A DNA stretch of 64,000 nucleotides from Owenia fusiformis (GCA_903813345.2 CAIIXF020000001.1:37758001-37822000); one strand, 5' to 3'; shown: positions 13,351 to 27,692, counted from the first letter of the stretch. The notes: generated from the sequence alone by a model not told the origin. A program made the numbers and translations.

Positions 13351-14819
13351 TTCCATTATATTAGTAATTGATTGTCGGGCTACTGTTTAAAGTATGACTT
13401 CATATCAAGTATTGCGTCCAATGATTGACTTGCATTCAGAACATTATGCAATGAACAAGATTCAGAAAAGTGATAGAAATGTGTCTGCAACGTTCTAGAT
13501 ATCAACTAATAGGCGCAATGATCAATCAGTGATTTCAGATATTATGAAATTGACGTAAATAACCTACAGACACCGTCCCCTTGGAAAAGAGATTTTGTCG
13601 ACTGTGCCAATTATTACATGTATCAATTCACAGATCATACCCCTAAACTACAAAGGGAACTGTTTCTATTTATGGACCAGTTTGGACCAGATGAGACTAT
13701 CCATTAGGGAAGAATCGATTGTTCTTGCATATAAAAATAAACGTTTTTATTAAACAGATCAGACCAATGCTATACTTTAAAAGCAATGTGATCTATTGAG
13801 GCCATAGATATAAACCATTCGGGTGTAACAATTAATAGGCATTCGATAAATCAAACTATGTAATGGCATCTAAAGAAACAGAAATTGATATGATTCCGTA
13901 ATAATACAACAAAAACTATTTTATGTCTACCTAAAGCTAAAATTCCTCAATGTTAATGATGTATATTTCAACGTAACGTGTTATTTTATCTCCCGATTCA
14001 CAGTTGTAAAGTTGAATTACAGTGGCGTAACTCTTAATAAATTCTCATTTTCTCGAATTCTTATTTTCCCATTTTTTATTTGGCCCTTTCCATATCGTAC
14101 CAAACTAATATCTTTTGAAATTAAAAAGTCACTTTGCGGTGTGAACATTTCAATAGTAATATTATATCTTTGTACAAATATTATATCATATAACATGCGT
14201 TGAGGTCATCTTGCCAAAGCCATTTTGCTTGCTATTTTTGTTCCACTATTTTCAGAAATTACACTGATTAAAAGGAATGTAAAAACTTTAAAAAATAATT
14301 TCCTCATTGATCTTAGCCTTTTTCCTCGTTGTGTTCTATCGCAAACAGCGTTCTTGTGTAACCTACACTCCCGGCTCTAAGTTTGGAAAAATATATTTAC
14401 ATTTAATACGGCAACTTTTGAAAATCGCTTCTACTATGTGTGTATTGGCTAGAAAATATTGCAACTAGCAGTGAAGTAATATTATATAATCTGTTTTATG
14501 AGGTTTCTAGCGAGCGTGTTGTCTTTTGGTGTTAGTTTGAGATGGTTATCATGCGTTAAAGCTATAAAGCAATGAGACCATTGGTTTTGGGCAAAATGTT
14601 GTTATGATGCAGTTGCAAATGAATAATCAAACATTTCCGAAATGTACTTCATATGGTTTAATACCAATGTATATTTTTTTGTAAGTTCCAAAGTTTTGGA
14701 TGGGAGTGTATAAAAATAGCACTGTGTGAAACAGTTTATATTATCGAATGTTTTGAACGTTGTGGTACTTGATGTTTAGCTCTTGATGAATCCGGATATA
14801 TCCACAATCTGCTCTATGG

Positions 14820-14998
14820 CCTCTATGGCCTTAAGGCCCCAAAAAGTGGGCCTTTTGGTCATTATTGGGCCTTCTAAATTTGGGCCCACTTTTCGGTTTT
14901 AGGGGCCAAAATTTTTTTCCGCGCAAGCGTTGGTTTTTTTTCTCTGGCCTCAAATTTGGGCCCCCCCCCCCCCCTGTTGGTTCCTGGATCCGCCACTG
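14820..14998. mobile_element. Partial GC-rich MITE (..ggatccgccactg end), same family as 27693-27945
   Basis: gggccc-rich body and the terminal cctggatccgccactg match the 27.7-kb copy. Confidence 0.6.
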
Positions 14999-15654
14999 CT
15001 GCTTGCACCGTATTCAGAAATTAAAGGGGCTCATTTTACCCCATCCTTTTTATTTATAAAACAGATTTATCCGCATACATTTAAGGAAGGTATGATTAAG
15101 GAAGCTGAGATGTACGTATATAAAGTACTGATTCACTCAATATCGAATTGAAAACAAACCTCTTGAAATTTTCGTCCATTTGATTGGTAATATACATTAT
15201 GTATATATCTGCGTAATTTGACATTTATATAGATGCTGATTTAAAATATTGTCTGAGTCTCATTGTCTGGCATACTCAAATTGATGATGTGAATGAGATA
15301 GATTCATGAATTCATTTTGATATCAAGATAAGTCTTACATTCTATCCTTTATAATGTAAGCTTCATTTTTGTCACAGGATAAAAACATTAAGCAAGCTCT
15401 CATTACAATTATTAATAATGCATATAAAGATCGTATACATCGCAAAATGTCAACACCTGGTTTCATAAATTATCGGCATTCGATTTTTCTTCTGATTTTG
15501 GATTTCATTTCCTATTTACATTCATCAATCGTTGTAAACAGTACCGCCATTATACCGGTAGAGTCTATTTCCGTGTCCCCCTGGGACAATTGCCCCCCTT
15601 ATGTAATGTCCGTATTGGTCCCGATTGATCATACGCTCATGAGGTAATTGATTT

Positions 15655-16215
15655 TATCCCATACTTCGACGTGTTACAGGTACATAAAGCCGGTTTGTAA
15701 AAACTTATATTTTCATCAGCGGGCAGATATAGCTTTACGTCCCGCTCCGAGCGGGCAGATATAGTATATCTGCCCGCTACGTCATATCGCCGCTCGCATA
15801 TTTGTTCATAATTTGTAACGTTCGCGTAATGACTGTAAACGACAATGGAGAAAACACAGACAATCGCCGGGGATCTATTTGATGGTTTAGAAAACGGAAG
15901 GAGCATCCACTTAATCAATCAAAAATTCGAGAAAATAAATATGGGAATATTTGACAGAACAGGAAAATCCGCCCACGGCCAAGAAAACAAAACTGGACAT
16001 GAATATTTTAAAATATTTCCACGATTGAACAATGTGAACCAGATGACCAAGATTGGTATGGGATAAACATATTATCCTATAGTCGGTTCAGGATATTGGG
16101 ATTATCCCTTGGCCAATATAATATATTTTCCCTCGGGACCTGCGGCCCTCGGGCAGATATATTAAATTTGCCTCGGGATAATCCCAATATCCTGAACCTC
16201 GTATAGGATAATCTC
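15655..16215. mobile_element. Palindrome-ended non-autonomous repeat (possibly Crypton-like)
   Basis: Long hairpin 16070-16212 (attatcctata..ttcaggatattgggattatccc / gggataatcccaatatcctgaa..tataggataat) centred on cctcgggacctgcggccctcggg, plus a gcgggcagatat hairpin at 15719-15778. Confidence 0.5.
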
Positions 16216-19042
16216 TATGTATTTAGGTCACTACCAATGGGAAGGGGGACAATTAATAAGCCTAAAGGACTTATCCTACAACATTGTCTGACACATTTAC
16301 TCATTACTAGCGTTTAATTAACGTAACCTTGAGCTATGGTTTTAATAAGCTTTCTGTCAATGTCTACACAAATATTTATTTTGATGCAATGTTCTCGTTC
16401 TCGGTTCATCACATTCCTTCGGATCAATAGAACGAGAGATTTTCTTCATCTAAGTGAAAATTGATCTTCTTTTATGAAAGGTCATTCGGATTCGCAATTA
16501 AACACTTTCTTCAATTTTTGCAATTTCTTCAGTCTTGTTAACTTTGGACCAATAAAGCGTATGACCTTGGACGTGTCAGCGTTGGTGAAATCATACATCT
16601 TCTTATTGTTGCGCTGCCCAATGTGAGGGCCGATCAATGAACAAACTGACTTTATTCCCTGTTTTTTAACGAGTATGCGCCATCGTGCATAGATGCACCA
16701 ACCATCAAATCCACCTTGAAGGGAAGCATTAAATATGTTTGATTTCATATCTTTATTTGTTGATGGCAGCGCATTTGATGTATGTTGAATTTAGTAATGT
16801 TCTAAGAATTCATTAGTTATTGCTCTGCCCGCTCATTTAGTGTACTTAAAATGACGTACTAGATATTCAGCATACTTATGTAATGCACATGCAGATTTAG
16901 AATTATATCACGACCATCACATTCCAGTGGATACTTTCGTTACCAATATTATTTATGTGTGTAGGTTTGAGATCATCTTTGGATTTTCTTTGGAATTTGA
17001 TTCATTTCTATCGCAATCATGCGAAGCAGGTACTTGCATGGGGAGAATATTGGATTATATCCATGTGTTTCTTATATAATAGATACCGACTATACTTGGA
17101 TACATTAGTAGATTAGACGTAAATAATATATTAAGTCCATCAGGGTTAGTTCTATGTGCCTACCGGGCCTCTTCTATCAAAGTTTTGTGGCAGGCATATC
17201 CCGGCTTGAAACTCCATGGGACATTAGTGTTAATTAATTACTCGACCTTTTCAGCTACATATGTGAATTTGTTACGAAATACATAATTACCAAATCATGG
17301 TGCTCACGTTCGACTTAAACTTGTGTGACTAGGTCTTACTGCTATAAATGGGATGGGAATGGGATGAAAGAAGTTTGTTTGACCCTGGCTATGTCTATGT
17401 ATGTAAATTGTATCTTTGGCTGTGTAAAAATGATGATTGATGCTGGATGATGATGGATACTCTGGATTTTAAGATTGAACTTATTTATTATGTGAAACGA
17501 CTGTCCAACTTAACCTTGCTTGTATTCTGATATCAGCAGTGACATACCGATCGCATATGCGTTTTGTGTTGTGACTCGTATTTTCGCTCTATAGCTATCT
17601 ATCGCATTTTGCATATTTTGTTATTAGCATGTTTTAGATTTGGAATTGGCATGAGTTCTTTGGAATATTCCAGAAATCCGATTTTGCTGTTTCTCTGGTT
17701 TCATTTTTCAATGTTAACATTTCTGGAATACATCAACGACATTATTTATGTCAGAACGAACCAGTTGCTCGGGTCATTCTAACCATGTTAGTATTCAATC
17801 ATACTTTTGAAGTTGTTAACACCTAGTACAAGCAAATGATGGCGAGATGGACTTTTTAATTTCCCACTTCATTTCCAAGTTGTTTTCCAAGATTTCGTTC
17901 TATTTGCTCTATGTAGGAATCAAATGTCTATTGACATTTTCATATTAAGATAACACGAAAATTATTGATATTGATCAAAACATACAACAATACTAGTAAT
18001 CATCTCTATTCTCTCTGAAGCTATCATACCTGTTGGTGCACTGTTTCTACCCACACACTTCCCAGAAAACATTCTCAGATGGCGTTCTTCTTTTTAATCA
18101 CAGAGATAAGTAGATGTATTTACATTACTATATACATAGTGGTCCAAGAAGCGGAACGATTGCTAAAATTGCAGAAAATCCTTTAAAAGTCACAAAATAT
18201 ATACAGCACACTAAATCACCGTGTAGGTAACGTTATCATTTCTATCAGTTTTCTCACCCAACGGTCACCTTTTTAAACTAATTAGTATAGCTTAACATTG
18301 CTGTATTACATAAGATGTGGTATTGACAGGGCTAGGTGAACCACCTGATCAGGATGGCCTACCAGCTCTGGGTCCAAAGAATTTAGATGAATGCAACGCT
18401 GCCCTTAGTGATGCTCCTAGTGAAATCAAATAAATACATGCAATTTTCAAAATTTCAAGAGCCCCTGCAGCAGAACTCCTCGTAAAAACCAATAAGGTTA
18501 CAAACCCTGTACAGTGTACATCAATCACGAAAGTATTAAGAATTCTATGTGGCGCCTCATTTGGCTGGTGGCCTGACAAACTTGTTCAGACCGTATGATA
18601 TGTAATGCATGCCATTCCAAGCAGTATTTGCCATTTGAAATGGTAAAATTGAGACAAAATGGCAGTCAATCTCTAGATAAAGAATGGGTGTCACATTTTG
18701 TGTAAGGTTTTAGATGTGAAAAACTTAATAACTTTCAGTTATCCAATCAAGAATATGGGAGGGGCCTCATTTCTGATAATAACCAATTCGGGTACAAAAT
18801 GTTGATCGTGTTGCCAGATTTGATCCTCCAAAACAAACATATTATATGGACGTTTAGAAAAGTTTAAGATTGTTATCAAGATGCCTTGAAGGAAAATCAA
18901 CAAACAACAAACTAAAAGAATAATTTCGAAACAAACACCTGAGTTTGAACCATGTCCAACATTGGCTTGTTAAATCTATAGGCATGATAAATGATACACT
19001 GCATCTATAAACTTAATGCACGGTTAAAAACAATGCTTGGTA

Positions 19043-20039
19043 CAGGGTGTCCAAAAAAAACAGGACCGTAAGAAAGTTGAATAACTCGATCAATTTTGCA
19101 TATTTTGCCTTGAACTTTGAGAATTATTTAGTTCATTCAATGTGAATTTTGTTCTGAGAGTTTGATGATAATCTGTTTATTGTGTCAAAAACTACAGTCC
19201 TTTACAAAACATGCTCAAAGTGGGCACTTCTCCTCTCTATGCGCAAACGAACCCTGCAAACAAAGTTGTTAATGACCCTTACCTATCCACATTAATGTGG
19301 ATGGTAAATATTGGGGTAGTTATTGCCCTCTTAAGATTGTTAGGGGCCTGTCAGTAAACACATTGGTTTTGAGAAATCCTCAAAGATAAAAATTTGGGGG
19401 ATTTAGATCAGGCGAATGAGCTGCCCATATGGTTTGCGTTCTGCAACTGATGAGCTGGCCACCAAAGCATTGCCTAAACCATTTCAGCATATCATTTGCA
19501 GTGTTGGGGTGGTATTGGCTTGTTGAAACCACTGCTTAATTATCTCCTTAGATGTCCATTCTGGTGCTTAGTGACCTCCAAAACTTGGTGAGAACTTACT
19601 GGTCCTAGTTCATGATGATAGCAAGTCCCCAGTCACCTTCGAACCAAAAGGGACTAATGATTCCATGTTTCCTCATTGCCACCCAGGGAGTGCATTGTTC
19701 AGAATGCAATGGATGCTGTAACACTTCATCAGGAGGATGTAAGCCCCAGTAGCAATTGTTCTTGGAACAAACTTGTCCATTCAGAAAGAAATGTGTGTAG
19801 GAGGATCATCAACAGCTTTGTTCGCCGGATTGAATTGTGCATAGAGATGAGATTTGCACATTTGGGGCATGTTTTGTAAGGAGCTGTAGTTTTTGACTCA
19901 ATTGGTAGATTATTATCAAACTTTCACAACAAAATTCACATTGAATGAACTAAATAATTCTGAGATTTCAAGGCAAAATATGCAAAATTGATCGAGTTAT
20001 TCAACTTTCTTACGGTCCTGTTTTTTTTTGGACACCCTG
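19043..20039. mobile_element. Tc1/mariner-derived MITE/deletion derivative with ~170-bp TIRs
   Basis: TA|cagggtgtccaaaaaaaacaggaccgtaag ... cttacggtcctgtttttttttggacaccctg|TA. Internal remnants are WAAHSPDLNP (minus, ~19400-19428) and CRRIINSFVRRIELCI..HLGHVL (plus). Confidence 0.9.
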
Positions 20040-21097
20040 TATATCGGCATTTTAAAATTGAATTGATAGCTTATTCTTCGCTCTGTGTATATGAAATAAA
20101 CTACATATATCATATTAACGATTTGTTCCGTTTTTGGAACAGCCTGTACGTATCACCAACCCATCTATGAATCATGTTCATTACTGCCATTTGTTGGAGA
20201 TAGAGATCGATGTGCCATATAGTTGAGAACAATTCATACTTATACTTTGGCAGGTGTGAATCATAATGTCTATTCACCAACTGTCAAGATCTACTTTAAT
20301 GCCAATGGTGTCATTTTTGTTGATTGCATGGAAAAATTAATATTTAGGTGCATAGTTATTAAGTATCAATACTAGAGAAAATCAGTTCAAAAGAAATTCC
20401 ACTTTGATCGAAAAATGTTCAAATCTAACAGATTGTCTCCCTTTAAACTGTATTATTGCTGGTTATAATGACTCAAAACGTTTAACAACAATAGTTTGAT
20501 ACTGATATGGATAGCCTGACTAAGCAGCTTAGTAATGCATATAAGGATCGGAGTGATTACCAATGGCACAAACAACTCCTTTTAAAATAAAAAAGAAATT
20601 AAAAATCAAATATTCTTTGATAATTTTTTTACTGGTGTCTCTTTTGATGAGCAATGCTTTAAAATTGCAAATATACGATAACTTCCACTGTTAGTTCCTG
20701 TTATTCTAAAATTATCTCGTATTTTATTTATCACATATACGTTTGAGTTCAGCTGATTTACCTTACCAATATATCCACTTCTACTCGTTAGTGTTATGTT
20801 GTGAAAGTAGTTTTGTATCTCATTATAACGTCCTTAATATCCGGATCAACAAAAAACAAGTTGCAGAAGTTTTCACTAAAATGAATCTATTTGGGATTTT
20901 TATCCAAGTTACTCAAATTGATTTCCCAAATTTACCCAGTTGATCCCAACATATTGTATTTTAATGTGGTAAAATGACACCTGGCAAAATGGTACAAGAC
21001 GTAAACAATCAACTCATATATAACCATAAATCATGTATTTTATATGTGATGTTATTGTTTATACATGTATACATAACGCGTGACACTTTAATAAAAT

Positions 21098-21147
21098 TAT
21101 ACAATATACTATACAATACAATACAATATAATACAATACAATACAAA
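21098..21147. repeat. (AATAC)n microsatellite
   Basis: tacaatatactatacaatacaatacaatataatacaatacaatacaa. Confidence 0.8.
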
Positions 21148-21336
21148 ATAACCAGTATTACCATTAAGACTCTGACATATATTGTTGTTCTGTTGACAGC
21201 TATTTTCATTCAGTGTCTTATTCAGTTTCTTATTCGGATATCCATGAGGATTTTTTTCAATAATACGCACAATTACATCTCCAAAGTAAATGTATTTCAG
21301 CTTGTATTTTTAACAATTATACTCATGTATTTCCAG

Positions 21337-24300
21337 TACTGTTACTCTGCCATCTAGTCGGGTGCAATCCAGACGATTGCGGAACAGGTAAGGATGACAT
21401 AGGTAACTCACCATTTATTATCAATTTCTAACATCACTGAACGTATTTATCTAAATATATATAGCACCTTATATATTAACATCAGTACCTTCCACTTGAA
21501 TACATTGCAACTACACTCTTCCCCATCAGCTTGGAAATTAAGGTTTACAAAATGAAGTCCTTTGGGCTGTGTCTTTAAGCATTACTACTAACCAACTTGT
21601 TAGACAAAGCAAATAAAAAATTGATGTTCAATAATATACAGTGCTATATAAAAAGCTTAATGTTATGTATGTGAAACTATAGAATAACTGTTGCTAATTA
21701 GATGTTATACAAATCCGATATATTTCATTAAAAAAAACAAATCAATGTGCAAACGTGCAGTTGTTCTATAGTTGAGCATGGTGTATTATTATGTGAATTT
21801 CTATTAACCATATCTGCAATTGATTATCACGATTCCCAGGCTGTTCTTTGTTGGTGTTAACATCTTCCTGTATCTTGAAACCTCTGTTCCCTGCTTGAGG
21901 GGAAATTGGAATGACACATAACGTGATGTTGATCAATATAGGGGCGGTAAGGTAAGACAATGCCAAAATGTTTTGAAATGGCGTAGCTGTATGTACCTTC
22001 AGAAAATGTCTAAACAGAATGCAGCGACTTTGATAACTTGCTAAACTACTATACGCTGTGATAGATTTCTTAAAGTCAATAATGGTGTTAGTTTATTTTA
22101 GGCTAACTGTAGGTATGGCCACATATCTTATCTTGTTAATTAACGACATATCTTTCCAAAGTTAGGATCTCCTATAAGTGAATACTGCGAACATACATAT
22201 AAAGTCTCCATGCGAACACATTTTTTCATCAATAACAACTGTCTAAGTAGCACTGGGATATTTAAATATAACCTCATATGCAGTTATCAGATAAATAAAA
22301 TATAGCAAATATGTCATATTCCCTTCTAAAGTAAAATATATCCTTACAGAATTGATTTTATCAGAAGATGGAAGTGAGTATATAATATGAATATTTGTAC
22401 TATTTTAATATGAATCGTTTATGTTATTTACACACTGAAAGCGAAACATTGAACCTACCTGAAAGTATTTGCTTACATACATGAAGTATGGGGGTAGACA
22501 TAACGCCTACATTGTCTTCTTGCCTATCATCAAGAACGATAGTCAATAAATGGAGTGGATAGAAAAGTTACATTTCCATCCAAAAGTTTGGAAACCTATT
22601 TTCCTCATTGAACTACATTTTGATCAAAAACCGGTTACAATTCTTGTCTTATGAAGAATTATTACTAAATTGACCTAACTTTAAGTTTCTCGGAATTTTC
22701 TCGACTTTTTCCTTCATGTATTTACTTTGATGATCATTTGATTAAATCTTTACGTTATTTTCGCCGTGTACATGTCATTTTAATACGAAACAGTGTGTTT
22801 GCGACAAATAAGATAACACATTTGTTCATTCAGTCATTAAGCAAAAATTACTGCCATATAGTGCATTGAAGTGCCTACAAGTCTTATATATTTGATTGCT
22901 TCGTGAAACAAAGTTACATAGTATTAAGTATATTTCGAATAATAATTCTTCGCCTAGCTTACATGTTATTTCATTGAGATGTTTTTTGGAAAATCAAATT
23001 TGATTTTAAGGACCTTTAACGTTTTGTCTTGATAAAACCTATTCACTTCTTGTCAAAAATAATTAGCAAAGACTATTTTCTACAGAGCTATTGAGATTTC
23101 TGCAAGCACACCATTAACAATGGGACTACAAAACATCAATTGTATCAAATTTCGACAATTTGTGAGTGAAGAAACATTCAGGGAATACCTGAGAAAAAAA
23201 TGAAGTCAATTAATGTGATCAAATTACTAAAATAAGTCTTCGTTGGTCTTTGAATAATAAGTTCAAACACGAGTACCATTGAACATGTAGTTCAATGAAA
23301 AAAGGTTTCCAAGCTTTTGTAGGGGAGGTAACATATAAGTCCTAAAGTGTTTGGAATTCAGTGTATTATATTCAGTATATTAATATATTTATCTAATTTC
23401 ATGATCATCACCTTAAATTACATTTAACATAGTAACACCACAATATATAAAACCACTTAATAATTATTACGTACACTTTTAATATCCCTTAAAACTCAGT
23501 ACCAGGGTACATTTACAGTGGTAACGGTGTCCTAGTACTGACCCGTTCCAATTTAATTTTATTGACGACCTTTATCAATAAGTTCAATTTTCAATAATCA
23601 TTCGATTTAACTGTTTCTTTACTTCACATTTATACGATTAAAATTTTAAATGTACACTCCACACCATAAGTTTGGCAACCTTAGCTCCCCCATTGGAGTA
23701 CGTGTTAAAGCCTCTTTACCTTTTTTACTTAACCTGCCAAGAAAACACTTATACTATTGATGGAAACGTAGTTTAACTTTATTTCCAATACCTCCAAATT
23801 TTCTCAATTTTTTTCCTCAATTACAATAGGTCGAAATTTGATGATAAATTTGATGAATTTTTGAAAATTGACACTCCCATGTTAACCAATGGGAAATGGT
23901 AGGTTTGCCGCAAATCATACAGAATATCCATCAATCCGAGTCCTTGCAAAAATACAAGTTAGGTAGGCAATTGAGATTGATACAATCCATCAGGTTCAAT
24001 AAAGTTATAGGTCTTTAAAGTCAAAATTGTTTTTCAAAAATATCTCCTATTGAAATAACAAAGGAGGCGAAAAATGGTTTCCAAACATGACTTTGAAGCT
24101 CTGTAACTTTAGTATTCATCAAGTAAACTAAACACTAAGTGTACAAAAAAAAGTTAGACAATTCAAATTTCTATACAATTTTTTGTTGAATATTTTACTG
24201 AATAGATATCCTGATTTCTTATTTACCCCGAACACACCATTTCCCATTGGTTTACATGGGAATGACGATTTTCAAAAATTCATCAACTTTATCATCAATT

Positions 24301-26839
24301 TTCGACCTTTTCCAAGAGGAAAAAAATGGAAAAATTTGGAGGTATTGGTAATAAGGTCAAGCTACGTTTCCATCAATATTTTAACTTATTTCATCGCAGG
24401 TTAGTAAATAAAATTTAAACATAAAGAGGCTTTAACACGGAGTTCAATTGGGGAGCTAAGGTTGCCAAACTTATGGAGGAGAGTGTAAGTATTAAATAAC
24501 CACTTGATATGCGTATCGTTTAATTGCGATGCATCCCTCGAGATTCATTCAATCAAGTTTATAGTATTTCTATTATTACGTAGCATGAAAAGTGTTGTTC
24601 ACATATCTCATGCAGATTAACGATTCACCATGTTGTAATGTTCATTTTATATTCATCTTTTAAAAACTTTAAAAAATTGGCTATCCAGACTCTCCTTTGA
24701 ATAGCTTGGCTTGTGGCTTGGCCTCCTAATGTTTGAATTCGAATAATATTAGGTCGGAAATTTATAGCTAATTTGGCAAATGCATACAGGCCTAAATACA
24801 GGATCCAATGGGGAAGTTGGGTTGCCAAACCTTTTGTGGGGAGTGTACGTGTTGCTGCTTTACTTTTTCACAACACTTTTTACTTTATCATTGCCATCTA
24901 TCTTTCATTGTGATATAATTAACTAACTATATGTACTCGTAATTTACGTAAGCATTACATCAAACCAACTAACGATGTTTAACTATAACTCAATAATTTT
25001 ATATTTGTGTTCTGGTATTTCCATAACATTTCCATTTTCTATATCTTTACCAGATTCTTTTCCATATTACACCATAGTGTTTATATTATAGCATACGCCG
25101 CCCAGGTTCCGATAGATTGTTATGATTGCTCAACATTTAACAACGGGGAAGACTACTGCGCCGACCCCTTCAACTACAGCCATCCAAATGTTAGAACTGT
25201 CCGCTGTACTGCAGCTTGTGCAAAATGGGTACGCACAACCAATATCCCAGGTAACTGATACGCCATACCTTTATATCTCATGGTGTTATCTGTAGCAGAA
25301 TAGGATGTAGTTTAATTCAACACTCAAAATAATTATACATACAAAGATTACAATTCCACTTGTTCAGATTACAATTCCCCTTATTGTGTTAGCAGTTGCT
25401 GCACATGCTTGCTCATGAATGTATTGATATCCACTCGGGGGAAAATGATATCCTCCAAGGATGATTCTCCAAGGTGATTCTCTATGCATATGAATTCACT
25501 CTGAAATTATACGCGGATATGTTATGTACAGGGTGGTCAAAAAATGGAAACCCTGCATTTTTCTCATATCTTTATTTGGGAGGCCGGGTCGGTATTTAAG
25601 GTATCAGATTTTAGGGAGAAAATAGTAAATCTGCGGAATAATGTTAATTTTTTATTTATAGAATATCATTTTGTAAGGTGAATACATGCTTGTATATTTG
25701 CATATTGTGTGGCTAAACTTATTGTTTATGAATTTTAGTGTTGTTTATTATCTATAAGTACTCAAATGGGGTCTGTTAATGGAGACATTGGCATTTCTTT
25801 GCAAACAAGGTGTCAGTTTGATTGATCTCGATGCTTGGCCACCCAACAGCCCCGATGCTAATGTGTTTGATTGCCGTACATGGAGCCATCTCGAGGAAAT
25901 GGTACAATCAAAAGCATCCAATAAACAGCATTGGTGAGCTGAAAAAGAATCCTAAACTGCTGAAATGAATTGCAACAGAAATCTCTCAATAAGGCTATTG
26001 ATGGATTGAGCTACCACTTGAAGTTTATTGTCCATGCAGAAGGAAGGGGGTGGGGGTATATTAAGCAATTGTGAAAATTGTTTAAATAAATAAAGTGTAA
26101 AATTTTATAATACAACACTGAAATTCATAAACAATAAATTTAGTCACACAATGATGCAAATATCAATATCCAAGCATGTATTCACCTCACAAAATAATGA
26201 TATTCTATAAATAAAAAATTAACATAATTCCGCAGATTTACTATTTTCTCCCTTAAATCTTATAAAAGTCTTATAAAACTTTACTATTGATTTCATGACA
26301 TAGTGTTATATACCAAATTGTTTGAAATTGTATAACCTTTAAAATGATATGTAAGTCAATGTACCATATTTAATGTAACTATTTCTATCCTTATTTGAAG
26401 TTTGGTATTGGTTTATTGGCCCACTCTGTATGTATATTTCTTTTTTCCAGGGATAAACCACTACATAAGAACCTGCTCTTCCTTACTGAACATGCAGATG
26501 CCCGTCTCACTGGTGTGTATGCAAGAATCCAGACCAGGCCATGGTCACTTATGTTTCTGTAAGAAAGGAGAATGCAATAACTCTAATAGTGCGCGATACC
26601 AGTCATGGTTATTGCACGTCACGGTGCTGCTGAGTTCTCTCTGGGTGTTGTCCAATTGGACAGCGTCAAACATTCAAGAGGAAATATACACAATGTGGTG
26701 CAATACTAGGCCATGGACCATTTCTGGATTTACTTTACCATTCATATTTGTTGCAGGAATCATTTACCAGTTTACCATGTACGAGGTATACGGCTTCCCA
26801 CAGCTTCTCAGGATATTTCATTATTTTATGACGACATAA
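21337..26839 (+). CDS. qvr: Quiver/sleepless-like Ly6/uPAR three-finger protein (spliced; start exon not located)
   Basis: Exons 25092-25250 (CYDC..CADPFNY..C..CAKWVR) and 26451-26839 (RTCSSLL..VCMQES..GHLCFC..CN, then a hydrophobic tail) join in phase 1 and give the 10-Cys quiver pattern. A probable upstream 51-nt phase-1 exon 21337-21387 (LLLCHLVGC..) looks like the end of a signal peptide. Orthology is not tested. Confidence 0.8.
23655..24485. mobile_element. Palindromic MITE with TA TSD
   Basis: TA|cactccacaccataagtttggcaaccttagctcccc ... ggggagctaaggttgccaaacttatggaggagagtg|TA, with inverted similarity over ~300 bp. A related terminal fragment lies at ~24805-24847. Confidence 0.85.
25529..26262 (+). 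mobile_element. Tc1/mariner deletion derivative in the quiver-like intron
   Basis: TA|cagggtggtcaaaaaatgg start. Inverted repeat 25605-25745 versus 26110-26260. Internal AWPPNSPDANVFDCRTWSHLEEMV transposase motif at ~25833-25905. Confidence 0.75.
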
Positions 26840-27692
26840 GGAGTACGAGTCTGGATAGTGATGTACAGGTGGTGTCCTCTTTATGATATTCAAATGCACT
26901 CTGTATGCAAGAGCGCATTATCACATGATGACACGGTGCTTGCTGGGAATTCGAACCTTGCATGCTGCCTAATTGCGCTAATTGATCTATGCTTGGTTTT
27001 CTTTAACCAAAATAGATGATTTTATTGGATATAGTTGGCCCTATATTGAATGCAACTTCAAATAATTCAAGTCCACGTGAATCCATGGTAAGAAATCCAG
27101 TTGATTATTGGCAACCGTGACATTGCTTGATTATATGAAGTCCCAATCCGATACCTCCCATCATGTAGGAGTATTTCACGTATACGATAATGAAAAGGTC
27201 GACCCAACAAAGAAAGACGTGTCGATAAAAGATCATTTAAACCTAAAACATTTACAACGATCTTTTGGATGGACTGGTCGATATTTGGTAAGGTGTAAAG
27301 TACGTACCGTCTGCGTATTTTTTTCGCAAGGAATTAGTTGAACCGTAAATTGTTTATCCCTGTATGTGATGAAGAGAAGGATTTTATTTCACTAATTGCC
27401 CCTTACACTTCATGTGGATGTATTTCCATCATTTCCTATTGTCGACTTTGAAACGACAGAAATTATGGAAATATTATCCTAAATTTGGGCGAGGTCTGAC
27501 AACTTCCAGACGATGCAATAAAATATTACTGTCAACACAGAATCAAAAGTTCAAATGATGGAAATGCTGTAATGTACTTTTTGATATTACCATTTCTAAA
27601 TAAGCTTCTTGCTTAACTCATTTATCACTTTTTATGTACAAAGATTATTCGGATATATGCTGCACAAATCTGCTCTTCATAGCTGCAGGATA

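Noticed and set aside
16965..17049. AG..GT-bounded segment as the first quiver exon; also a GT site at 14681
   Set aside because: Neither gives a convincing Met-initiated signal peptide in the required phase.
16482..18579. Isolated ORFs 16482-16748 and 18349-18579 on the minus strand
   Set aside because: No recognisable motif or exon chain.
26935..26965. gggaattcgaacc (reverse tRNA B-box-like); similar ggattcgaac at ~34386
   Set aside because: No cloverleaf could be built; at most these are SINE remnants.
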